Source: a virus
Lineage: Duplodnaviria > Caudoviricetes
Length of the DNA: 64,000 nucleotides
IMG/VR virus record: IMGVR_UViG_3300033061_001635
Span: 32,001-96,000 of that record
Strand: one strand, 5' to 3'
The position numbers were made by a program, and so were the translations under genes. Positions within the stretch are counted from its first letter, which is position 1, and each line of letters starts with the position of its first letter. The notes under the pieces were generated by a model. That model was not told the DNA's origin, did no database searches, and worked only from the letters and a program-made list of their open reading frames with translations. Of this stretch, positions 49,401-58,800 are shown piece by piece.

Positions 49401-49922
49401 CATTTTAAAATAAACAGGAACATCAATAATATCATATCTATAATCGGGGTGTGCTGCATCTGTTGGGCCCGGCGTGTCTACTGTTCCGTCGGGCTTGATC
49501 CTAGTTTTGTGTCCTATGAACCCTGGGTCGGGTCTTTTCCAATATCTTGACTGTAACCCAACATCACTTAATTGATAATATACTTTTCCCTTTACTATTC
49601 TATTTTCTACTGGAGTATTTGTTGATGCAACACCTCCTGTGTATTTGTCCACAAAACAACTTATTCCGGCGCAACCATCAAAATGACCAACGCTGGTATC
49701 GTCAGAACCTTGAAACTGCATATAGCTGGATCCATCTGAATCTTTTCTAGCCACGTTGTCAGGATCACAAAGCCATGATAATTCGTCTTCTATAAGATTA
49801 ACAGTTAATTGAGATGGTTGAGTTCCCCATCCCATATTTGTGGAAAAACTTGATACACTAGCTCCTAAGAATAGTGTTTGAGCAATAGGCTTATCTGTTC
49901 CTGAGCACGGTACTGTTGGCAT
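43431..49922 (-). CDS. Large tail/baseplate-hub-like virion protein (2163 aa)
   Basis: N-terminal FLGASVSSF...LTVNLIED...FTFGGFVQSW resembles hub-type beta folds; lies in the structural operon. Confidence 0.6.
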   Translation of the reverse strand: MPTVPCSGTDKPIAQTLFLGASVSSFSTNMGWGTQPSQLTVNLIEDELSWLCDPDNVARKDSDGSSYMQFQGSDDTSVGHFDGCAGISCFVDKYTGGVASTNTPVENRIVKGKVYYQLSDVGLQSRYWKRPDPGFIGHKTRIKPDGTVDTPGPTDAAHPDYRYDIIDVPVYFKMGNFTFGGFVQSWTKDTSSGGRRFTVIINGPQSILNSCMMILNSYGGSIFGKKSASPTTIYGAPGNYLLSQGIDFTKTQLYEGAMPNIFNIYGFLESLGYNSFGGAHSNESGISVNSILQALMALTSTTHNSTHKLDTIVTGREAYAIKRAFSPFGRIISKMMQQESPIASIYNTTSCYTFGIVYPQNFLHMVNNNDTRCQFVLDLNDVYWADANRTIKRFPDSFRINEPSLSITEFLNIIGEQSGNDFNIEMDPITYTGRLYNVIKVKTISRLKQPHPAVIENTIKSLECDGYRISSHSFGKEKNDTPSRCLLVGGQQQRLYQVKSYRLAYSQNNFVMNPRTKEFVNYFSLQNPINESNVNNAPASPLNYQYGHGKVRFPNFTSTRNKLLNDYIGTSNQLAQSFVQIINDQNEMVITNPFTTEDTDWKTNELNSSIAVNNGNYLNSFKISHSITIPSSGRWIPLFLDTICPFFGFVNDNRIGVKIGTDKDAVNELREIRPVWFDSWTGQTAVVIRTSELPTLNLPLTRLYLEANSVVNNQGNYTFDMPYTFTPANPAANSVVDNAGFITTYDPVEYFVLTESEIRAALAGFDNFLVYSLSKTYKPDIIEMVRRAYYIDTRNKLKSSYPSLSVADAQKIAFEETDWYWKLLGSNIGGDDLYPTIYHPDKTDGSQYIQEKAMQDLKLIHQFITQIAKYYGKKYMVYADSLGGYKDYTSAGVAFPTRNGYGYVFAGGGRLKYNYQPTNDGAWEEYGNIIDDAFTVGGLEWMTLSDDQGKIKPILGYNNNYNYDYVRQAKCLAANADTTNELKTVEANPYFSYNNWLTLFEAKTTTCTNSYVFPSIDYSSLNSEDYVVIDQQYQATPATVLAQMYGESASLSKLQLNINLPSYDAWNRLITDTGNILPRSKLFLSTTVDEDFAFLNPQNIVGQNWVPRDPRILIDSPGVNINMTSEENSKDPNRTVIANVAAEDLMIYMKSTQKDSWDWAWIGFMYNYISPAVISDVANPYFLGLYTVSSNHTANNVELAPKAAHPFFAGIPIKSNQFTYGPWTNYPLNQCFPGTTGLFPTGFTIKQTVANGSLVSCTRTNTTAITIEKAKQALNNLITSVDIDFNEEFVPWNYGGMHYMDIAAFNEIEGRANYQSVLETAQLEMPGLPLWDLGGNFNIINANTGVKYLPAEIKDCEVTGKDVKGLATIPSINLNYIPGVQYISYPNSVDGSFDYQYRLIDLRQRPNFVEGPIVTSIQTSVGQQGISCTYTFRTYTRKLGAFNKIETDRIKKINRANLYRGKQIAKVRQDVNDMMNKERENLLQERLNQAQFGSNDFASKLFGWSPTTVLIGQASPLIHEPTRTPDYIEDFSYANSPALNTLGTRSNNVTSWELTRSSGDPGLDSNNNFSLTAGTSSPLLKNIGRITTTVGLYERKEVENQLQKDYGMQSAMSLDGLLSPISFYPTFKNSTFAYSLHNTAFCPFCKGTKVRKFKISQYGSATKTIVPNLSVACDKCTDWSNRLNAKLSVGNNETIPINLITLNPIVVPHGEFKNANIQNYSGVHPDKKHGDLTSSIPGGRVFRDRSRHSIEIVGRGSVPPNKQGYYLEISKNINKSTSPYNLDYYSKDSGLYRQRQKRGDPSNTIVHENNQRFFGLRGPLVLHSWGYDADGYPVPNAADEPVAVDLYGRPKRFQLIKVNGTAKAYKDLSNGEQFTYNNADYVKTINEEELTYLPATFSKDTIVTSFEIKDNYNVDGGTDPGADGPFVGYKGSIISKTQTFSGGKWSDKVKLDEFYLNWAERPDLWKVGPIDLFWDEERRVWSGGGGAEEIDPPYIITNSNDIITLDEFIAKKTKKKYIYRMIYAVLEEDLIKQPDFNETYVTRGFFDDIEYSSEPLLQGYRRLIYIKDKTGYCAPKGTKLLCRYNSKTGFYEPVSKPVITTTGKIISSNQVLLNLLYTPSRRSNVIPTSTVNYVNPLGFATPTNEIGVFSFIDSQWTLTSIKQ

Positions 49923-49925
49923 ATA

Positions 49926-51866
49926 TTAATGATCCAGGTAAGATTTGGCTGATGTACATTGCTGATAAATCCAACCAACTGTTCTAACGTATCTTCCGCT
50001 ATTTGGTTCCCATTGTTGATTATCCTGAGTAAGATAAGCTTGGCCGGCCATATTTGTTCTGGTATTAGCGCTTCCAAATATATTAGCTATTCTATCTCCA
50101 AATGGCTTAAATCCTTCTATCATTCCTGACACAGTTCTGTATATTGTTCCACCAGTCCACAAAGGACAATCCGAATGAGTAATAAAAAATCCATTCATAC
50201 TAGTTGGAGGAACAACTCCAAGTTCTATCGTAATTGTTTTTTTAGCAGATGTTGTGGTATTTAAGGACTGTAGTACGGGACCAAGTGCTCTTCCTAATAC
50301 GAAAGCTTCTCCAATAACAGCAGTTGGTCCAGTATCGTCCATTGATACATTTTCATACAATACTCCACTAATAATAGTAAATTTATTATGAAATTGATAA
50401 CTATAAGATATGGATCCTTTTTTAACATTATGTGTTTCAGATGTTGCTATTGGTATAATATTTAATACATTATGTTTAGAATAAATAGGATTATTTGGTG
50501 GTTGAGGAGGATTAGTGGGCGTTCCAACATATCCTTTGTTTCTATCATGTATACAATTCATTCCTATGCAAGCTCTGCGATATAAATACGGTTTAACGTC
50601 ATTAATCCATCCACTCAATGCATTTTGATATTTACTAGCTTTTATTACGGCATAAGGCGAAGCGGTATTTGCTGTTTGATTAGATTCTATTGTTGGCACA
50701 GGTACAAATGCCAGATCTTTTAATAGTCCTGATCCTATGCTAAAGTCCAATTTAATCGGATTGCCACTTCCGCTAACATAAGGAACTCCTGTTATATTAG
50801 AGCTAGCAATATTTAATCCTCTAATTTCTCCCTGTACACTAACAGTATGAATATATTTATCATCAGTTGTAGTTTCTATAGTATAATCCTCAATGAATGA
50901 TATTCCTGTTGGCATGCCTAACCAAGTGTCTGTTATTTCATATTTTGCAGAATGAATATCAAAATTTATAGCTCTTAAATGATTATATAAATATCCTTTA
51001 CCAACACCCATAGGAGTCCAAAAAGGAGAAGGAGAAGAGAATACCGAGCTAGCTCTTCCTTCTACCCACTTTTTGGCCTCATGAAAAGCGGAAACTGCTA
51101 AGGCAGGATATCTATCAAGAGGAATGGTAGATCCTATAGGATTACAAGACCCTGTGCCAGAGGGTATGCCAACGGCACTGATTGTACGAGATACTTTAAA
51201 TTGTGGTATATTCCGGTAATTTATATCATAAGTAGCTGTTGGAGTTGCTCCAACTGGTTGCGCACTACTTCGTCCTGCTGCTGCCTGTATAATTTTTGGA
51301 TTATCTTTTTCAACTTTATGAGTTATATTTATTTTATCATCAGCATAAACATAGTCTTCTAATGGTTCAATACTCCAATTATCACTATATGATTTTACAT
51401 ACCATCCGCTATATCCTGGTTCAAGATACTCTAATGTTGCTGAATAATCAGCGGTATTTACCCAATTATCATTTGTTTTAGTAAAATCTAAACTAACAAA
51501 TCTTACTCCACTAGCACTATATATATCAGCATTGTCACAGGTTATCTTAAAAAGTCCACAAGAATCTGGTTTAAAAATATTTTTAATTTTTTGTATACCC
51601 TCCATCACATTTTTAATACCACTATTTTTTACAATTTTACCCATAACTGTAATTTTATTATTAATAACTAATGGCTCTCCAATGTCATTTCTTTCAACGT
51701 TAGCTGAAAGCTCAACCATAGGAGTTGGTCCAGCAGCATCATGTATTCCGCTACCATTAAAATAAACAATAACGGATCTGGTTGATGCAGGCGCGCCTGG
51801 ACTTTGTATAAATACTTGGTTATCTTCACTAATTTTACTATTTAATATATCCAAAGAATAAACCAT
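49926..51866 (-). CDS. Virion structural protein (646 aa)
   Basis: Beta-rich and Ser-Gly-rich; AAAGGA RBS; structural operon. Confidence 0.6.
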   Translation of the reverse strand: MVYSLDILNSKISEDNQVFIQSPGAPASTRSVIVYFNGSGIHDAAGPTPMVELSANVERNDIGEPLVINNKITVMGKIVKNSGIKNVMEGIQKIKNIFKPDSCGLFKITCDNADIYSASGVRFVSLDFTKTNDNWVNTADYSATLEYLEPGYSGWYVKSYSDNWSIEPLEDYVYADDKINITHKVEKDNPKIIQAAAGRSSAQPVGATPTATYDINYRNIPQFKVSRTISAVGIPSGTGSCNPIGSTIPLDRYPALAVSAFHEAKKWVEGRASSVFSSPSPFWTPMGVGKGYLYNHLRAINFDIHSAKYEITDTWLGMPTGISFIEDYTIETTTDDKYIHTVSVQGEIRGLNIASSNITGVPYVSGSGNPIKLDFSIGSGLLKDLAFVPVPTIESNQTANTASPYAVIKASKYQNALSGWINDVKPYLYRRACIGMNCIHDRNKGYVGTPTNPPQPPNNPIYSKHNVLNIIPIATSETHNVKKGSISYSYQFHNKFTIISGVLYENVSMDDTGPTAVIGEAFVLGRALGPVLQSLNTTTSAKKTITIELGVVPPTSMNGFFITHSDCPLWTGGTIYRTVSGMIEGFKPFGDRIANIFGSANTRTNMAGQAYLTQDNQQWEPNSGRYVRTVGWIYQQCTSAKSYLDH

Positions 51867-51884
51867 ATTTGTCCTTTCGATCCT

Positions 51885-53180
51885 TTAAGCTACTGACACC
51901 CATATTTTGGGTGATATTGTTCTTTGAGTCCAAGATATTCCATTTGATGATGTAAGAGCAGTCGATGATTCATCACCAATCATTATGAATCCATTTTTAT
52001 AAACTAAATCATTCCAATTAGTTCCATATATTGAATATTCAGTATAAGATACCCCATTATTTGTTGAAACGGCAACATATCCGCTATTACTAAATATAAC
52101 AATATTGTTATTACCATAAACTGCTTTTTTCCATAATCTCTGATTAGGTAAAAGATTACTGCTAGTCCAGTTAATCCCATTAGAAGAAGTTAAAACTGTT
52201 CTCGAATCTGATGCTACAGCAATAAACTTATTATTAACAAACGATAAGCTTTGCCAATCTTCACCAGTGCCAACAGACGCCTGATTCCAATTAATTCCGT
52301 CAGAACTCGTTGCGACAACATCGGATTGTGAAGCTAATATAACATACGCGCCGTTCCCATAAGCTGCTCCTGCCCAATTTGACACTATTGGCAAAGTTAT
52401 TTCAGACCAATTTATTCCATTAGATGATATTGCCCCAACGGATGACGATGATGATAATATTATATATTTATTATTACCAAAAAGTATTTTAGTACATAAA
52501 TTATTGAAATTGCTCAATAGCTGGCCAGTAGAATTTGTTCCATCGGCAGATATATAAGATGCTGTCCATAATGTTCCATTGGTTGATTTATTTAATTTAT
52601 TACTGTTATAAGCACATGCTACATATTGATTAGATCCATATGTTATACTGGTCCAATTTAAACTATCAGCCATAGTATGATCAATCCATGATTCTCCATT
52701 ATTTGTACTTACTGTTGCCGAATTTCCTAGTGATATTACTACAGCTTTATCTCTGGTATTATTATTTGTTACAGTTGGAGTTGGAGTATTTGTTCTAGTA
52801 GCCGTGGGAGTAGTAGTCTTTGTAATAGTATTCGTAGGAGTTGTTGTATTTGTAATGCTCGGCGTTGGGGTGGATGTTTGTGTTCCGGTAGGCGTTTTGG
52901 TTGGAGTAACTGTAGGAGTTTGAGTTTTTGTTGGTGTTTTTGTTTGAGTTGGCGTAGGAGTATGAGTTAGTCTTGGTATAACTGTAGAATTTGGTGGCTC
53001 ATATAGTATTGTATTTTTTGATAGCAATTTTCCTGTAAAATTATATCCTTTATAATATATTGAAATATTATTATTGTTATAGATATTGCCATCATATATC
53101 ATCTGTCCAATAGGCAGAAGGTATCTTGTAGCACTAACTGTTGGAGTAACTGTATTAGTTGGGGTTGGCGTACTCACCAA
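51885..53180 (-). CDS. Pro/Thr-linker protein with an Asp-box/BNR-type beta-propeller
   Basis: TPTPT repeats followed by about seven S(T/S)(N/D)GxxW repeats; AAGGAG RBS. Confidence 0.75.
   Translation of the reverse strand: MVSTPTPTNTVTPTVSATRYLLPIGQMIYDGNIYNNNNISIYYKGYNFTGKLLSKNTILYEPPNSTVIPRLTHTPTPTQTKTPTKTQTPTVTPTKTPTGTQTSTPTPSITNTTTPTNTITKTTTPTATRTNTPTPTVTNNNTRDKAVVISLGNSATVSTNNGESWIDHTMADSLNWTSITYGSNQYVACAYNSNKLNKSTNGTLWTASYISADGTNSTGQLLSNFNNLCTKILFGNNKYIILSSSSSVGAISSNGINWSEITLPIVSNWAGAAYGNGAYVILASQSDVVATSSDGINWNQASVGTGEDWQSLSFVNNKFIAVASDSRTVLTSSNGINWTSSNLLPNQRLWKKAVYGNNNIVIFSNSGYVAVSTNNGVSYTEYSIYGTNWNDLVYKNGFIMIGDESSTALTSSNGISWTQRTISPKIWVSVA
52770..52965 (-). repeat. Low-complexity Thr/Pro coding repeat
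   Basis: Encodes THTPTPTQTKTPTKTQTPTVTPTKTPTGTQTSTPTPSITNTTTPTNTITKTTTPTATRTNTPTPTVT. Confidence 0.85.
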
Positions 53181-53213
53181 TGATCTCCTTGTATTAAGTC
53201 CTTATTCATGATA

Positions 53214-55838
53214 TTATAGGAAAGAATCACGACTGTCGCATTCTGACGATCTGATTTCCCAAAAGCCTAGAGAATTGATAGGATATTGAGTTAGCATCGG
53301 TCCTGATCTCCATGAACTAAATATTGATGAAGCATAATAAAATATTGATGTGCCAGCATTGTTTGTTAATTCCCACCTAGAAGACGTTCCATTATAAAAT
53401 AATTTATAACTCAAGTTGTCGCCTGATTTATAATATATATTTCCTGATCTAATATATTTTCCTGATAATATATCAACATTATTAGATGCATCTATAAAAT
53501 TACAAGCATAAATAGAAGTTGTTGGTTCAGTAGGGGTTGTGGTATTGGTTGCTGTTAGGCTTGGAGTAGGTGTTTTTGTTTTGGTAACAGTTCTTGTTGG
53601 AGTAGGAGTACTAGTACTAATTGGGGTTTTAGTAGGTGTTACTGTTATTGTCGGAGTCATGGTATTTGTAGGAAGTGGCGTTCTGGGTAATCTAGTAAAG
53701 CATGAGTTACTCGATTTCTGACAAGTTACCAAATGAGTCTTCTCTTCAACCATTAAAGAACCATTATTCTGTATTAGTTGTGAGCTTAATACCACAGCCA
53801 AAACACTAGAATATCTAGTAATTGGGACTAATATCGTTTCTGATGTCTTAGATGCTATAAAATTAATCGTACTGGTAGGCAAAAAAGCATCATACTTATC
53901 TGGTTTAGTAATAGATAAATTAAGAGTATAAGAGTCTCCAACTCTTAAGTCATTAAAAACAATAGGCTGTATCTGGTTAATAAGTCTTGGACCTTCGCCG
54001 TATTGATCGTAATCAGAGCAAGATGGTTGTGTGTCTGATTGTGTTGCATATTTAAAATATCCACTATACACTGGTCCCGCTGTAAATTTGTTTAAACTAA
54101 AATAAGCACTTTTATACCATTCATTTATATTTGGTAAAAAGTATTTTGCGTTAGATGATCTAACCAGTCCACTATTAGCAGATATTCCTCCATCGTAAGA
54201 TGTTGCTGTAAAATTATAGACTCCAGTGTTTGTGATTAAAGAACTATTATCAGAGACTTTATTGTGCAGCCAATTGCAGTATCTTGCTGCCATAGGCCAT
54301 GTAATAAATACAGCAGGTTTATCACGCATATATCTTTTTACTGCATATTTTTGACCAGCATTATTGCCTGGAGTATATGAAATACCCCCTCTATCCGAAT
54401 CCATCAAATATGTATATAATATTCCGGTAGAAGACGTAGCATTTTGATTATATCCATTATCATAAGATTCTAATTGAATCTGATCTCCCAGAGGATCAAC
54501 AGTATTCAAAAAATTTACATAATCTTGATTTGTAATTTGAAAAGCTTCAGCTTTATAGCCAGTAGCAACGGCACCAACCGAACAGCTTGTTCCACCACAC
54601 ATATCAGTAAATTTTGGAAAAAATATATTATTATTATATGCATCTCTAATTAGGGTCGTTTGACCAAAATTAGAATTTAATTCTGTATTTATACTATACC
54701 ATGTTTGATTATCATAGCTGTGTCCATAAAGTACACTATTACTATAGTCGAAGGTTGTTTGTAAAGTTCTTCCGGCGGCATCTCCAGTAATTTTAGCTCC
54801 TGTGATATATACTGGATTTTGTCCCACCATCGTTGGAGTTAAATCAAAACAATATAAAAATCCAAACCTAGTTGTTGCATAAAGATATCCTTTGGTGGAA
54901 CTACCAGAGATAGAAATATCTCCAAATTGATTATCATAAAGATTTGGTAGAATAGGAATAGCCGGTAGAGTAAAAGAAGTAAAGCTATTACCACTAACAG
55001 CAAGTCCATTATTTGGTACTGAGGTAAAAGATATTTTGCTTAAGACACCTGTAGATTCAGACATAAACCAATAACCGCCTGACCCACTAATATTATTCCA
55101 ATATGAAGCATTATATATGGGTTTAGTAATATAGCTACTCCAATTAGAAACTCCTGTAATATTAGTTAGCGATGGAGTATTATTAACATTATAGTTTATT
55201 TTAACAGAGTATAGTCCTGATCCATTATTGCCTGCTATTCCAAATGGCAACGATCCCGAACCATAATACATAAATAGTAAATGATTTGTCTGATTATTGT
55301 AAGCAAGAGCATTGCTTCCTGTCGGAAGTGAAAGAACAGTGCTCATGATTTTTACAATCTGCTGAGAATCTGGCTGAACTCTCCATATGGTATTATCTTT
55401 ATCAATACCATAAATATTACCCTTTGAAATATTTTTAGATTGATTATTTTGGCCAGAAATTGTTACAAAGTTTGATAGATTTAATGGATTGGTATATGAG
55501 AATACTCTGAATCCATTTTCATTAGTTGCATTTAAGCTATTATATAAAGAAGGATCATTTAGTCCTGGTCTGGTATATTGACCATAGTTGTCACTACTAA
55601 TACCAGAAGCATTGGTGGACCAAGATCCGCCATACGCTACTCTACTAAAAACATATTCATTATCTCCTCCCAAATATGTTTGTTCTTCAGTCCATTCTAG
55701 AACATTCCCTCCCTGATCATAGGTTCCCCAAAAACTTGGATCTCCATTTTGACCAACACTACTAACATTGCCATTAAAATTGTTCCATGATACACATTTA
55801 TTATAATTTGCAGTATTTAATCCTGAAATAGTAGCCAT
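53214..55838 (-). CDS. Circularly permuted FGE-sulfatase (C-type lectin fold) protein with an inserted probable beta-propeller and a PT linker
   Basis: GTYDQGGNVLEW/YGGSW/GFRV come before ITNQDYVNFLN/TWPMAARYCNWLHN/LPNINEWYKSAY. Confidence 0.8.
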   Translation of the reverse strand: MATISGLNTANYNKCVSWNNFNGNVSSVGQNGDPSFWGTYDQGGNVLEWTEEQTYLGGDNEYVFSRVAYGGSWSTNASGISSDNYGQYTRPGLNDPSLYNSLNATNENGFRVFSYTNPLNLSNFVTISGQNNQSKNISKGNIYGIDKDNTIWRVQPDSQQIVKIMSTVLSLPTGSNALAYNNQTNHLLFMYYGSGSLPFGIAGNNGSGLYSVKINYNVNNTPSLTNITGVSNWSSYITKPIYNASYWNNISGSGGYWFMSESTGVLSKISFTSVPNNGLAVSGNSFTSFTLPAIPILPNLYDNQFGDISISGSSTKGYLYATTRFGFLYCFDLTPTMVGQNPVYITGAKITGDAAGRTLQTTFDYSNSVLYGHSYDNQTWYSINTELNSNFGQTTLIRDAYNNNIFFPKFTDMCGGTSCSVGAVATGYKAEAFQITNQDYVNFLNTVDPLGDQIQLESYDNGYNQNATSSTGILYTYLMDSDRGGISYTPGNNAGQKYAVKRYMRDKPAVFITWPMAARYCNWLHNKVSDNSSLITNTGVYNFTATSYDGGISANSGLVRSSNAKYFLPNINEWYKSAYFSLNKFTAGPVYSGYFKYATQSDTQPSCSDYDQYGEGPRLINQIQPIVFNDLRVGDSYTLNLSITKPDKYDAFLPTSTINFIASKTSETILVPITRYSSVLAVVLSSQLIQNNGSLMVEEKTHLVTCQKSSNSCFTRLPRTPLPTNTMTPTITVTPTKTPISTSTPTPTRTVTKTKTPTPSLTATNTTTPTEPTTSIYACNFIDASNNVDILSGKYIRSGNIYYKSGDNLSYKLFYNGTSSRWELTNNAGTSIFYYASSIFSSWRSGPMLTQYPINSLGFWEIRSSECDSRDSFL
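53515..53685 (-). repeat. Low-complexity Thr/Pro coding repeat
   Basis: Encodes PRTPLPTNTMTPTITVTPTKTPISTSTPTPTRTVTKTKTPTPSLTATNTTTPTEPTT. Confidence 0.85.
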
Positions 55839-55853
55839 GTAATTCCTTTTATA

Positions 55854-58800
55854 TTATGTTGCACATTCATTTGGTCCACATTTTAGACCAAGATAATCAT
55901 TAGCTTCTATTCCATTATTTTCATTGAATAGTCTAAATCTAACAACACCCTCATCATAATTACTCAAGGATGTATTAGCAATCCCCATAACAACTCCTGA
56001 GCCATTTTTGGTGAATGTCATGTAGCCACTAGATGGTTGATTAAATGTAACATTAGTTGTTAATGATGAGAATTCATATTTATATCTATCGCTAGAAGAT
56101 GCTCCCTTAATATCAACAAGCATTAATCTGGTTCCAGAACAGCATGATCCTAGGTCTAATAATGGACCACCAGATATTGCCACGGAAACAGGATTGTTTG
56201 GTACGCAATCATTACACTCTATCTTATAGTCTTTACCATAGGCTATAGACTGTGGGCATCCAGATTGTTGCACACTAATATTTACCATAACGAATTCTGT
56301 TCGATTTTTATTATATAAACTATTTGTTCTATACTTGAGTATAACGTCTTTAGTATTCATGGCGCATTCACCACTTGGGAAACAAAACCCAACATCAGTA
56401 TAGATTACTTTATTATCTTGGGTTGCAATAAATGATCCACTTTGTGGAGTTATCACTACTGGCCAATTACTATCTAGGTAATTAACAGTATATTCATATT
56501 TTTCTCCCACTAGTAATCCAGAAGCTTTGGTTCTTAAAGAGAAAGCTCCCTGTGAAACACTATTTAACGTAATTCCATCATTACTTCCTATAACAGTGCC
56601 GCCATCAGTACTTAACGGGGGATTATAACTAATCTCTAATCCTCCTATATTATTAGTCATAGTTAATAATGATGCATTACTATATACTTTTGACAATCCA
56701 GGAGCTGCTAATGGCTCAACCTCAAGAATAAAATTCACAAATTTAGTAAATGCTAGCTCATTATTTGTTGTTTGACACACAGAGTCTAAATCATAAGAGA
56801 GAACACTAGTATTAACATTATTAGGACATAATCCTGTGGATTTACAAAATTGAATGGACGTGGGTATTTCATAAACACTAGCATTTCTAATAATTCCACT
56901 GGTAGGATATACTATAGACGGCCAATTTGCATCTAAAGATTTGTATTTATATGTATAAACAATATCTGGTAGTAGATTTTTGATGATGGGAGTAATATTA
57001 TAAGAATCACGGAAACTAATTCCTCCAGTTGCAGGGATTCCTGATATGGTTACTTTTGGCAAGCAATCTTCGCTATCGCACTTTATAGAAAATACATTAC
57101 TAAATGCTTCAGCTTCTGGTAAATTACTATTTAGTGCTTTTACTTTTGCTCTAACATTAAATTGTTTACGATTTGGACTATCAGAGGTATATGTATATGG
57201 TAATACATATAAGCTATCAGTAGGACATAGTCCTGTAGAATAGCATATATCATAATATATAGTAGCTTCACCAGAGGTATTGGGAGAGACCAATGTTCCA
57301 CTAATCGGATTAACTATCATCGGCCAGTTATTTTTAACAGACTCTAGAACATAAGAATATTCAATGCCTGGAACTAGACCTTTTAAATTTAATTTAACAT
57401 TATTATTTGCATTAGCTTTTGAAGGATTATTAACAATTGATGTTTTGAATTCAGCAGATAAAGGATTTAAGCAACCAGAGCATAAAATTGTTATTTCATT
57501 ACTGTATACAGTTTGTAGTCCTGGTAAATTTGGAACTAATTCTAACTTAACTTTAGTAACTTTAGATAACGATGCAAGCCTATATTGACTATCATTTGCT
57601 AATGTATAATTTAATACATTTTTTGATCCTGTTGGGCATATTCCTGTTCCTGCGCAAAAAGAGATCTCTACGGGTATATCAAAACTTGTACTACTGATAA
57701 TATTACCGCTGATCGGGTTCAATATTGTTGGCCAATTACTATCTAGTCCAATAAATCGATATTTATACTCTACTCCCTCCAATAAATTAATGCCCGATAT
57801 AGAAAATCTTTTAGGGTTTATATCATCAAGAACGATAGTGTCTGCCATTCCAATCTCTGGATCAGGTATACAGTTAGAACATCTAATTAATGACTCGTTA
57901 CTATAAACTGTTGGTAGATCATCGTCAACAGGATCAAATTCAACCTGGAATTTACTAGACTTCTGCAATGAACCTAAAGTAAATTGATTATATGATGTTA
58001 CTGCGCTATATGGTAGAATATTTTTATTACCATTTGGACAAATTCCTGTTGATGCACAAAAGGCTATTGACAAAGCAATATCGCATGTTGCACTATTTAC
58101 TATAGTACCACTCATTGGATTAATAACAGTAGGCCAATTACTATCAATAGATAATACTTTATATTTATATGATGTATTTGGTGATAAATCAGTTCCAACC
58201 ATATTTATGGTAGCAGTATTGCTGGGCCCTACTGTAACATCTCTTGGAACTTGAATAACAGGTGCAGAAATACAATCGTCACATTTGATTATTGCTTCAT
58301 TGCTATATACTGTTGCTAAGTCATTGTTTAATGGTAATACTGGATCTATTTCTAATCTAATTTTTGCAAATTTATTTAAAGATCCAAAATTAAATTGCTT
58401 TTTTGATCCTGCACTATATGGCAATATATTTGGACTGCCGTTCGGACATACCCCGGTAGTTTGACAAAAAGAAGTAGATACAGATAATGTATGGCTACTA
58501 ACTGAACTAATTATTCCGCTTATGGGACTGATACTAACAGGCCAATTAGCATCTAAACTAACAAACTTATATCGGTATTCTGAAGTTGGTGAAAGATTGT
58601 TAACGGGAACATTAAATAGACCCTCGTTATTATTATTTACAATAACATTTGGTATAGTAGCAGTTGGCTGATCGATGCAATCATTACAGGTTACAATATA
58701 AGCATTGCTATTTACTGATGGAATATCATATCCAACAGCAGTAACTTCTGCTTTAAATCTTGCAACTTTATTATTGCAATTTGTGGCTGCTGTATATGTT

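Noticed and set aside
55490-55640. Diversity-generating retroelement variable region in the FGE domain
   Set aside because: I saw no template repeat with adenine-specific mismatches and no reverse transcriptase in the window. One elsewhere in the genome cannot be excluded.
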